Part shown: in pieces, positions 11,826 to 23,050 of the stretch
Position numbering within the stretch: the first letter of the stretch is position 1
Layout of the letters: each line of letters opens with the position of its first letter
NCBI GenBank assembly: GCA_964252035.1
Contig: OZ176204.1
Strand: one strand, 5' to 3'
From: Podarcis erhardii
Taxonomy: Eukaryota
DNA length: 64,000 nucleotides
The notes under the pieces: model-generated
Told to the model about the DNA's origin: nothing
The model's database searches: none
What the model saw: only the letters and a program-made list of their open reading frames with translations
Position numbers and translations under genes: made by a program

Positions 11826-14546
11826 GTGTGCCAATACATGGAACTGATGAACCAAGAAATAGAATGGAAAATAAAACAAATGAGGCAAAAAACTTTTGAA
11901 TCAGCTGACAAATGTGGGAAATTGCTGTCATGGCAATTGAAAAAGAGACAAAAGCTGAACACTGTGACGTCCCTTGAAGTAGAGGGAAAATTTATAAATA
12001 AACCAAATGAAATTAGTAATTGTTTTCAAAGTTTCTTTAAGAAATTATATGCACAAGGGCCGAAAGATGAACAAGAGATAGAAGAATTTATTAAAAAATA
12101 TGGACTATCAAAGATCTCGGAAAAAAATAAGAGGAGTTTAAATGAAAAAATTACGAATCAGGAAATCGAGGGTGCCATCCAGAATATGCAACCAGGAAAA
12201 TCACCAGGGCCAGATGGACTGACGGCAAGATACTATAAAGAAATGAAGGAATGGTTAATACAACCACTGAAAGAAGTGTGTAACCAAATTTTGGAGGGGA
12301 AAAAGGCTCCCGAATCGTGGAAAGAAGCATTCATCTCACTTATACCGAAGACAGAAACTGAGAAACATCAAGTTAAGAACTACCGCCCTATATCACTCTT
12401 AAATGTGGATTATAAAATTTTTGCAGACATTTTAGCAAAAAGATTTTAAAAAGTGTTGTTAGAGGAGATTCATAAAGATCAAACAGGCTTTCTCCCAGGG
12501 AGACATATGTCAGATAATGTAAGGAATATTATAGATATTTTGGAACTACTGGAGACTGATATAAATAGAAAAGCAGTTTTAATTTTTGTGGATGCGGAGA
12601 AAGCCTTTGACAATATCTCTTGGAGTTTTATGAAGAGGAATCTCCATGGGATGGGGGTAGGCCAAAACTTTGAAAACGGTATAGGTGCAATATATTCAGA
12701 GCAAAAAGCTAAATTAATTGTGAATGGTGTAGTCATGGATGAAATTCCAATAGAAAAAGGGACACGACAGGGTTGCCCAATATCCCCTCTATTGTTTATA
12801 TCGGTCCTGGAGGTGTTGTTGAATATGATTAGAAGGGACCAGCTGGTTGAAGGAATACACCTCGGAGCTAAACAATATAAGTTAAGAGCATTTGCAGATG
12901 ATCTAGTTTTGACTTTACAACAGCCAGGAGCCAGCACAAAAAGAGTTTTAGAGTTAATTGAAATATTTGGTCAGGTGGCTGGTTTTAAATTAAACAAACA
13001 AAAGACAAAGGTACTGGAAAAAAATCTAACGATGGGGGAAAAAGATAGTTTTCAAAGAGAAACTGGCTTGGAGATAACAAAAAAGGTGAAATATCTAGGG
13101 GTGAATCTAACATCTAAAAATATGAATTTGTTTAAAGACAACTATGAGAAATGTTGGTCGGAAGTGAAGAAAGATTTTGACACATGGTCTAGATTGAGAT
13201 TATCCTTGTTAGGCCGAATTGCTGTTATTAAGATGAATGTATTGCCGAGATTGTTGTTTTTGTTCCAGACACTACAAATTATAGATAAGATGGATTGTTT
13301 CAAGAAGTGGCAGAAAGATATATCAAAATTTGTCTGGCAGGGCAAAAAACCCAGAATAAAATTTAAGATTTTAACTGATGCAAAAGAAAGGGGGGGTTTT
13401 GCGCTGCCGGACTTAAGACTCTATTATGAAGCAGCAGCTTTCTGCTGGCTGAAGCAATGGCTACTTCTTGAAGACACAGATATTTTAGATTTGGAAGGGT
13501 ATGATAACAATTTTGGCTGGCATGCATATTTATGGTATGACAAGGCAAAGATCTATAAAGGCTTTAAAAATCATATTGTCAGGAAAGCTTTATATAATGT
13601 TTGGAATCGATATAAGGATTTGCTGGAAAATAAAACACCCAGATGGTTGTCACCAATGGAAGCTAGAGCAGTTAAAAAACTTAATATGGATTCAAATTGG
13701 CCGAAATATAGTGAAATTATAGAGTATGATGGTGAAAAAGTCAAATTACAGAGCTTTGAGAAATTAAAATCCAAAGTTCGAGACTGGTTACATTATTATC
13801 AGATAAATGAGACTTTTAAGCAGGACAAGAAATTAGGATTTCAGAAAGAGAGGTCAAAATTGGAAACAGAACTGTTAGAGACCAATATTAAGAATCTGTC
13901 TAAAATGTATAACTTGTTGCTGAAATGGAATACACAGGATGAAACAGTTAAATCAGCTATGATTAAGTGGGCACAAGATGTTGGTCATGATATTATGTTT
14001 GCTGACTGGGAGCAGTTATGGACCACAGGCCTTAAATTTACGGCATGTAGTGCCTTGAAAGAAAACATAATGAAAATGATCTATAGGTGGTACATGACTC
14101 CAGTCAAGCTTGCAAAGATATATCATTTGCCCAATAATAAATGCTGGAAATGTAATGAATGCGAAGGAACTTTCTATCATCTTTGGTGGACCTGCCCTAA
14201 GGTTAAAGCCTACTGGGAAATGATCTATAATGAAATTAAGAAAGTCCTTAAGTGGACATTTGCAAAGAAACCGGAGGCTTTTCTCTTGGGCATCGTCGGC
14301 CAATTGGTACCAAAGAAAGATAAAACCTTTTTTATGTACGCAACCACAGCAGCAAGAATTCTCCTGGCAAAGTATTGGAAGATGCAAGAATTACCTACTC
14401 TGGAAGAATGGCAGACGAAGGTGACTGAATTTATGGGACTGGCAGAGATGACCGGCAGAATCCGTGATCAAAGGAGAGAGACGGTGGAAGAAGACTGGAA
14501 AAAATTTAAACTATATCTTAAGAACTGTTGCAAAATTTCGGACTGA
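11826..14546 (+). pseudogene. L1 ORF2 (RT and C-terminal Cys-rich domain; endonuclease lost), one in-frame stop at 12447-12449
   Basis: Motifs PGKSPGPDG, NYRPISLLNVDYK, DAEKAFD, GTRQGCPISP, FADD, KYLG, CWKC…HLWWTC. Confidence 0.93.
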
Positions 14547-14766
14547 TAAAATGTTAAGGGTCAAGAAATAAAGAACTATAGCTGTAAATAGTTAAGTTAA
14601 GAAAATTTTGAGGGAAACGAAATATTGAAAAGGAATGAAGGATTGCTAAAAATTTCTGAAACAGGGGTGCAGTGAAGGGGAGGCGTGGGGAAGTCATGTG
14701 TTGTTTATTTGTGTGTTTTTTGGTTTTATGAAAATTAATAAAAATTATTACAAAAAAAAAAAAAGA
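11831..14766 (+). mobile_element. 5'-truncated L1 LINE, antisense to host gene
   Basis: 16-bp TSD GAGAGAGATGGGTGTG (11815-11830, 14767-14782); AATAAA and poly(A) at ~14738-14764. Confidence 0.95.
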
Positions 14767-17157
14767 GAGAGAGATGGGTGTGTTTAGTTTGGGAAAGAGG
14801 AGACTGACAGGAGATATGACAGCCATCTTCAAATATCTCAAGGAATGTCACATGGAAGATGGAATAAGCTTGTTTTCTCCTGCTCCAGAGGGTAGGAGCT
14901 GAACCAACAGTTTCAAGTTGCAAGAAATGAGATTCTGACTAAACATCAGGAAGAACTTTCTGACAACAAGAGCTGTTCAACAGTGGAAGAGTCTCCCTCG
15001 GGAGGCGGTGGACTCTTCTTCCTTGGAGGTTTTTAAGCAAAGGATGGATGGCCATCTGTCATGAACGCTTTAGCAGAGATTCCTGTATTGAGGGGTTGGA
15101 CCAGATGACTTGTGGTGCCTTCTAATTCTACAATTCTATGATGCTGGGATGATTCACATCAAAATTTGAGAAGATGTTTGCCTATTTGTTTCCATTACAT
15201 TCACTCAGGACAATAATAGCCTCAGCACTCCACTCCTGTATGGTGTGTGCTCACTAACTAGACATTTACTCACTGATATTTGGGGTCTGTAAATCAGCAG
15301 AATTGGCTCCCACTGCTTTTGGGATCAATATCCCAAATTATCATGATGCTTTGTCCCTCCCACAGTTGTCCCTATGCGCATGGGACTCTGCGGCTGGCAG
15401 TCTGTGCAAGACCATTTCACACAGGGAAGCACAAATCTCTTTGTCTCTTGAACTACACGTCCTAGATTAACAGCATGCTCTCCCTTTTGTAGAGAAGGAT
15501 TTGGGCCAGAAACTCACTGTTCAAAATATTGATCATTCTGTTCAAACTCTGCTTCTGATTGGCTCCAGCACACCTTACAAGGTCCAAACACTATGAACAT
15601 AGGATAGGATACCCATAAACATAATCAAGCATGATCTAGAACTTAATGGTAATGGGGGTAAAGTCTCAGATCTCTGGGCCCCAGAGAGAGTACCCTTTCA
15701 TGTATCCCTTACTTGGACCCTGAAAATAAGACACAAATTGGGCTAACATACTGTTAATATTATTCCCATTTCTGTAAATTATTCTGCAGAATAGCATTGA
15801 AAGCCCAGCTCTGCATGCACCAGCACCCTCTAGTGGAAGACAGCAGAAATTTTAATTAGAAGAAATTAATTAACGCAAAGAGTTGGCTTCTGCTGTCAAG
15901 GAAGTACTTTTACAGAATTAACACACTTGATCCTCAAATGTGTACAAACCTAGTTAGGCCTTCCAGGATGTTCTTCCATGATAAAATGAAGCATTTATGC
16001 CAGCCTATTAGCGAATTCCAAAAGAAAAACACACACGAACAAGCAAAACCAGATTGCGTTACCCATGGAAGCAGTGCCTTAAATAATTTGCTCTTCACCT
16101 CAGGAGGGCTTCCTGTTCTGCAGAATCTGCTACCTTGACATCAATGTTTTATGGTTTTGCTGCTTTCTAATGGCATGGAACCCAGCCCTTTCACTCTCTC
16201 CCTGACTGGAAAAAGCCAACTTCAAGGATGGGGTGGAGATAAACATGAGTGTTTCCAATCACTGGAAAAGGCACCCAACACCTACTCCTACGCCCATGAA
16301 CCTCTAAACTATTCTTCCTCTCAGCTTGAAACAGAAGAAAGAAAGCAGTTCTTCTCAGGTGCCTTGTAAGTTCTTGGATTTGGAAACTTCTTGAACATTA
16401 AACACACAAACACACACACACAAATGTTCTCTGAATCTCAGCCCACCAGCTGAAATCTAAGGGAGGGGACTTTTAGCAAAAGGAGCTCTGAAGATGAAAA
16501 GAACTCCACTAGATCCCATATGTACCTAAGCACCACACTAATGGAGAGGATCTAGACCAGAGCGGTCCATGTTTTCATACCAAGTGGGCTGCAAGAGTAC
16601 TTGGACATGGGACCTGTGGGCCACACACTGCCTTGTTGTGTAGGAGGCATTATCTGATGCCCCAGGGCTTTGGGAAGGAGGTGCAAGGCTCTGGCAGGGT
16701 CCTAGAGCCCTCTCACCTCCCCCCCCCCAGCTAGGAAAGTGCTAACTAGGCTTTGGGAAGGAGGCAGGAGTACTCTAGGATGCTGGGAAGTTAAGTCTTA
16801 TGAACTCACTGAGATTTAGTTCCATCAACACATGTTTAGGATCAGACAGCAAGTAACAGAGGAGAAAGTATCTGACATCAACAGAGTGAGCACAATGGAA
16901 CAGAGTGGGAAGAGTGAGAACTCTGAACACAGTAAACAGCAAAGTTAGGAGGAAACATAAAATAAAATAATTTCACGTACTCATGCCTAGTCCTCATCAC
17001 CCATAATATACCGGGTATTTCATTGGCAGGCTCCCCAAGTATTTTTACCTTGTGATTTCTATAACACAGATGTTTCTAGAAATCCACTTAACAATAACAA
17101 AAAAGCAAACTACCCTTCAGCTAAGCACAAAATTGTCTTCAGCAAACCAATATGTAC

Positions 17158-17244
17158 CTGATTAGAGGTTTAAAAATGTTCCAAATAATTTTTATGAAAT
17201 TGGTTGGATGTACAATGTAGAGCGCTTTCAGATTTTTCTTATAC
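17158..17244 (-). CDS. ARHGAP8: ARHGAP8 coding exon (exon 5 equivalent; BCH domain)
   Basis: ttctgcag|G...ATCAG|gtacat, 87 nt; [28 protein letters not shown](S). Confidence 0.95.
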
Positions 17245-18761
17245 CTGCAGAAAAGAAAATTAAATTGTTAGGAGACTTCTGAACGTTACATGCTGTAGTG
17301 GAGTGGAGCTGCAATTGAATGTGGGGGGAGTTTTTATTACTGGAACATTATACAGTATTCGTTTCAAGTACATCTAATTCAGAGGAATTGAATGTAAAAT
17401 GAAAAGAAGAAATGGTCAGTCCTGATGGAACTGAAGTAGGTGAAGATTATACAGCGATTACATTACAAACCAGTATCTGAATTGTTTTGTGGGTATAATA
17501 ATGGTGGGGAAAATCTCTCTAAATGGAAAAAAAAGTGTGTGGGAAATGGAGAAAGAAAAAAGGTAGCAAGAAGGGAGAAGATCTTTAGAAATTCAAGAGA
17601 TGGAAACCATTATTTGATTCCAATTTCTGTTATTCATTCATTAAAAAAGAAAGTTTCACACTGGAATGAATTTCCAACTTAATCATTTTCCTTTAAGTAT
17701 TTTACTTCGCATTCTTAAAGATACCTGGAATATGGCATTGACCATAATGATATATGATCAGCACAGCCTTCTTTATAGTAACATGTTGGAGGCAGCCAGA
17801 GGAGCTCATTAAGATGCCCACACATCCATATGAGGAGCAAGTTTAACAAGTGCCCTTCCTTGCCCTGCCCAGTGCTGCTACTATCTCCCAAAGTATTTTT
17901 AAACCAAGTTCATAGTAGTCACAGGGGTTGCTGGGTGGGCTAGGTGCACCCCCACCCTGAATATCCTTTGTTTTACCCCTCTTCTGTCTAGACCTGTCAC
18001 TCCTGAGCTATGCAAGATGTACTGACAGTTGAGCTGTGGGTGGTTGGAGGCAGGAAAAATTAGGTTAAATCTGTTATTGATGTGGTGCTATGCCAGTGCA
18101 AAAGATTTCTAGGACTTTGTAGCACTGCAAGGCAAATCCAAAGGAGTGAATACTCCTTTGTGCATTCTAAGTTCATGGTGGTTGGGATTCTAGTAACAGG
18201 TGCAGGTTGCCTTAGAGTTTGACCGATTTGCCAGGCATATGGAGCTTCCTGCTTGTTCACTATTTTTCTGCATGAGGACAGGGACAAACAGGCGAATTTC
18301 TTGCAGAAGTGAAAACATCACTATGGGATCCAGCAGCTTGCACTCCATCAACCCAGGGAGACTAAAGACAGCAATTCTCCCTCTCCTCGCAATGTTATTT
18401 CTATCCCATGCAACAATTGTGAAGTCAGAATGCTTCTGATATGCCAAAAGCCTGGTAAATATTGTTAATCTGTTTTAAATCATGCCACCCTAATCATATA
18501 GGACAAAGTTCATCTAGATCTCCTCCCTTCTGTGAATGAGTGCCACAGGCCTTTCTGCAAAGGCAGCTTAAGCTCTAGGTTATTGTGATGACAAAAATAG
18601 GAAGACCAAATATGTGCTATCACGTGCGCCAGGAAGAGGGGGGCAGGATGGAAATGCAATCAATTTTTAATTAAAAGTGGGAAAAACCTGGCCAAACGAT
18701 GCCTTTATAATGGTGATTTTTTTAATTTTTATTTTTAAAAAGCATAATTTAGAAAACATAC

Positions 18762-18893
18762 TTCCTGTCAAATTCTTTGTAGGCGCTTTGCAACCAACTC
18801 AGGGAGGGTTTATTCTTACTGTTCAGTCCATAGTGAAAGTAGACCACTGTGTAATCATTTTCCACATACTGGTCCAGTGCATACTTTAAATAT
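18762..18893 (-). CDS. ARHGAP8: ARHGAP8 coding exon (exon 4 equivalent; BCH domain)
   Basis: ttattccag|A...AGGAA|gtatgt, 132 nt; [43 protein letters not shown](K). Confidence 0.96.
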
Positions 18894-19212
18894 CTGGAAT
18901 AAAAGAACACACCAATAAATACACTGTATTTTCACTGTGGTTCTTTAGCTCTAAAGAAAAGAAGGAATACAGGTGCCCAATGGCCTGATACATACTATTT
19001 TCATGTTTCATACCAAACATTGAACATCCCCCACAGGACTTGCTAGTATTAAAAGCTTGTTCAGAGATCATTCAAATACAAAGAAAGAGCATAATTCAAT
19101 GATGAAGTGAATGATGCTCGATTTTACGGCTGACAATTGGAAAGCTATAATGGATGTAGCCCCCGCCCTGCCCTGCCTGTTGACACATGAGTGAAAATAA
19201 GAAAAGACTTAC

Positions 19213-19300
19213 TCTAATAACCGTCTGTGATTAAGTTGATAGGAAGGAGGCAAACGGCAGCAACTGAAAGCAATCACTTTTCTCCCCAAATTATCATCAC
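19213..19300 (-). CDS. ARHGAP8: ARHGAP8 coding exon (exon 3 equivalent; BCH domain)
   Basis: tttaccag|GT...TTAGA|gtaagt, 88 nt; (G)DDNLGRKVIAFSCCRLPPSYQLNHRRLL(E). Confidence 0.95.
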
Positions 19301-20469
19301 CTGGTAAACCAACAAGAGTTTAGTTATCAGGGTGATAATTTCACTCTAAATGCACATGTTTTAAATGCAAAGCTTTTCATGCTGGAGGACAAAAGTTTAA
19401 TAGGAGGATGTAAGATAAATTGAGAGTGGATCAGCAATTATTAAAAACAAGCTGTTGTGGGGAGCTACTTCTCCCCCAACTCCTCTCCCAAATATCATGC
19501 AGATAACCATGTTCACAAATGGGGCTTCTGGGCTGCACTGACACAAAACCACTTGTTGCTAGAGCTTCTGAATCTATTGATGGGCCCCTGCACTCCCAGC
19601 CTGGTTTGCTCCTCCTTTGGGGTGGGATGAGGAGAGGGAGAGAGGAGAAAAAAGGAAATGAAAGAAGTGAGAGGTGGTTTCTCCCAATGCCTGCCCTATA
19701 GGAGCAGGGGTGGGCATTTGGAGAGGATCCCTAACTTGGGGGGGGGGGAGGAGAGAGGCTAGCAGGACAAACTGTGTTCAATAATCAATACAGGACACAG
19801 CATTTTACACTGAAATATGGGAAGATGCCGTATTATACAGGATGAGTGGCAACCCTACATCTGAATATCTGAGCAAGGGTTGATGAGCCAGTAAGATTGC
19901 TGACTTACACACAGGTAAGCTGAGAAACCTTCAATAGGATCTTTAGCCCACTCCTCTGTGTGTGAACAACTTGAGATGCTCTCCTCTGTTTTCACACTTG
20001 CATAAGCCAAAATATATACATACATAAACACATGAGTGAACAGCTGAACCTCAAAATAAGTGAATGGTCCTGCCAAAGCTTCTCTCAGGACTCACACTGT
20101 GGGCAGGGATGCTGCACCAGAGTCACGCATGTCTCTTGGGAGAGATGCAGTGACTTGGGCACACACAGGCTCCGTGCTGCCCAAACAGTCTGCCTGCTGC
20201 CTCCCCCCGCCCCCCAGCTGTAGGGCAGCTGAGTAGGAGAGGCAGGCAGACTCCAGAGGCCCCACCCCTATGGGCCCCACCCCTATGGGCAGCTCGCCCT
20301 GCCCCTGGGTGCGCCGCCCCAGGCACCTGAGGGGCTTCCTCCACCGCTGACTGTGGGAAAGATGAGCCCTTTGTCTGTGCCTTGTCATCACGCGAGAAAA
20401 AGCTACACAAAGTGGGAAGATCCTTGGATATTGTTGCTGTTGTTAATTTGCATCCCACCTTTTCTCCAA

Positions 20470-20635
20470 AGTGTTCAGGGTTTGTTTTTCACACATTTCT
20501 CCCCTTCTCCATTTTATCATGACAACATCCCTGTGTGGTAGTTAGGCAAACAGACAGTGACTGGCCCAAGGCGACTCAGTGCCCTTCATGGCTGAGGGAT
20601 TTGAACCCTGGTCTCCCAGTCCCAGTCCGACACTT
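20470..20635 (-). mobile_element. Squamate SINE (degraded)
   Basis: CTCCATTTTATCATGACAACATCCCTGTG…GACTGGCCCAAGG…TTTGAACCCTGGTCTCC is a common squamate SINE body in reverse. Confidence 0.6.
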
Positions 20636-20842
20636 GGATTGGAAGCAAGATGCCAGAGATCGGTCCGAGTGAGGGGCTGATCTGGTCACCCATTTGCTTC
20701 TCTTCTATTTGCAGGCTTCTATTTTTGCCCTAATCCTCCAAGGGACTGTATTTCTTTATTACAGGTTAAATAACTTAAAGCAGAAAAATTAAACGATTTG
20801 CAAATACAAAGAAGATGCCAAAGAGGTTTTCAGCAAACATAC

Positions 20843-20983
20843 CTACAAGGTGAAGTATATTATGTCTGGCCACATCATAATATGGGTGTGTTGGGCTTAT
20901 TTCAGCATCACCATTTGACACAGAAGCAAATGATACCTGGCTCCCTTCAAGTTCTGCATTTTCGGCCTCATCTTTCCTTAATT
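20843..20983 (-). CDS. ARHGAP8: ARHGAP8 exon 2 equivalent (phase 1 - phase 1)
   Basis: ttgcttcag|AA...GTAG|gtatgt, 141 nt; (E)LRKDEAENAELEGSQVSFASVSNGDAEISPTHPYYDVARHNILHLV(G) vs human ELQRDK…HPFYDVARHGILQVAG. Confidence 0.93.
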
Positions 20984-21544
20984 CTGAAGCAAAAAGCATA
21001 TTTAGGTATATTTACAAAAAAACAACAACCCAGTAACTCAGGACCAAATAATTAAAAAAAGAATACTGTTCTTTATTAATATATTCCAGTTATTCAGATG
21101 CCAAGTACTTCTAGTCCAGATTCCTGTTTGCTGCCAAGCAAATCCATCTGGGCAGCTCACAACTGGGGCTTGAAGGCTGCCACTCTCCCTTGCTGGGGTT
21201 TCCAGTATTGACAGGTCTGTGACCAGTGCTAGATGGTGAAATTGCCCACTCCCCCTTTAAAGCCATATAAGCCAATGACAATCACTGTGTTTTTATGGCA
21301 GTGAATTTCCAGTGATGGGTTTTTAATTTTGTCTATTTTACTTTTTTTAATTTATAAAATTTCTATACCGCCCTCATTCGAAGATCAAAGGGCAGTTTAC
21401 AATACAAAACACAAAAATACATACAAGAATAACAAACAAAACCAATAACCCTCCCACACACAGTTATTTGTTTTTATTGAATCTGTGTTCATACAACAGT
21501 TATCCAAAATGCCTATGTATTTGTTATAAAACGCTACTGTTTGA

Positions 21545-21690
21545 TGTCGCGATAGCTCAGTCTGTAGTGCATGAGACTGGTGCATGAGTGCATGGTTTGA
21601 TTCCATGTTGGACAGACGATTCCTGCATTGCAGGGAGGTTGATCAGATGACCCTTGTGGTGTCTTCCCACCCTGCAATTCTAAATCTATG
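21545..21690 (+). mobile_element. tRNA-headed SINE with CR1-derived tail (degraded)
   Basis: TAGCTCAGTCTGTAG…GATTCCTGCATTGCAGGGAGGTTG…; same family as 58374-58526. Confidence 0.7.
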
Positions 21691-22295
21691 ATGCTTTGCA
21701 TTGAACATGGCACTAATGAACCCGTGCTGATATGAACAGCTGAAGGGGGTGAAAGCTGTGAGATGCATCAGGAGTGGGGCAGGGGACAACTTCACTCTAG
21801 TAATGGGAACACATCCTTATTGAGATTTTCAAAATGTGTTCCTGGAGTTCCCTAGAAACTCATTAAGGATTTCTTCTCAATGAGAAGACTAGCTGCTCTG
21901 AAAAACAACAGTCTGCCACTGCCTGTCTCTGTACTGTGTGGCCACAGGAGAGAAATGGTGAACCCCAGAGTCCAGTCCATGGCCCTGCAAACTGGCTACA
22001 CCTGGTGTAGGAATCAACAATGTGAGTAGAGTGGACTGGATATATTTTCTTAAGACGACAGCTTCCAATATATCTTCCCACAATGAGGGAAAGCCTTCCT
22101 GGAGAGAGAAACCACTGAAAACTGCTCCTTTAACATAGCATTATAATAGGAATGTGTACAAATTAATGGAAAACATTGATGTTACAGTTGTTACTGTGAA
22201 GATTTTCTGCATATCTGGTGAAGAGGCCCTCTAAAAAATTTTGGAAGGAGATGGTTAGCATTAACAGCACCAATGCTATTGGCACATCACATTTA

Positions 22296-22616
22296 CAGTG
22301 GTGCCCCGCAAGACGAATGCCTCGCAAGACGAAAAACCCGCTAGACGAAAGGGTTTTCCGTTTTGGAGGTGCTTTGCAAGACGAATTTCCCTATGGGCTT
22401 GCTTTGCAAGACGGAAATGTCTTGCGAGTTTTTCCAACTTTTTTTCCCTCCCCCCCCCTTTTTCTAAGCCGCTAAGCCGCTTATCCGCTTAGCCGCTAAA
22501 AGCCGCTAAGTCGCTAATAGCGCTAATCTGCTAATGGGCTTGCTTCGCAATACGAAAAAACCGCTAGACGAAGAGACTCGCGGAACGGATTCTTTTCGTC
22601 TTGCGAGGCACCACTG
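22296..22616 (+). mobile_element. Tigger/pogo-like MITE, family 2 (copy A)
   Basis: 22-bp TIR CAGTGGTGCC(C/T)CGCAAGACGAA, TA TSD, internal CCGCTAAG-like minisatellite. Confidence 0.9.
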
Positions 22617-22704
22617 TATCAGAAAGTTTAAAGAGCAGTGTAAAGATCCTGGATAACAAATTAATCATTAACTTTTAATTAATAATTCATATAATTATTA
22701 ATAC

Positions 22705-23050
22705 AGATTGGATTGGATTGATCTTTATTACGGCCATTGGCCCGTTACACGACAGTTTCCCATACCAACATATTATACTTAAACCTCCAAATTTAAAATC
22801 GCCTAAACTTACAAAAGACAAACCGGAACCGAAGCAAAACAAAAACAAGGACGACCATCATACATTACAATAAATTTGTAACCTATACATCGCCCTCTGC
22901 TCATAAATTAATCAAGGATATCAATGGTGATATCGCCTAAAACATAGATCATGGTTTAAAACAATGGTGATATCACCTAAAACATAGATCATGGTTTAAA
23001 GGGGTTATCCGAGCCACACAGGAGACCGTTTCTCTTCAGAAATAGTTAAC
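22705..23050 (-). mobile_element. 3' tail of an RTEX-like LINE; contains a 40-bp tandem duplication (22922-23000)
   Basis: Reverse complement GGCCGTAATAAAGAT+(CAATC)n resembles the end of the 31.7-32.9 kb element (GGACCGTAATAAAGAT+(GTT)n). Confidence 0.55.

Larger units (their letters stand above)
11770..15142 (+). mobile_element. CR1 3' fragment split by the L1 insertion (pieces ~11770-11830 and 14767-15142)
   Basis: GGTCTGGAAACCAAGTCTTATGAGGAACAGTTGAGAGAGATGGGTGTG continues after the L1 as …TTTAGTTTGGGAAAGAGGAGACTG, ending in the CR1 tail …ATTCTACAATTCTATGAT. Confidence 0.85.

Noticed and set aside
12479-14387. Minus-strand ORFs of 123-152 aa
   Set aside because: Antisense shadows of L1 ORF2
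22440-22545. Short regularly repeated CCGCTAAG units suggesting a CRISPR-like array
   Set aside because: No unique spacers; internal minisatellite of a TA-flanked MITE, also present in the 50-51 kb copies
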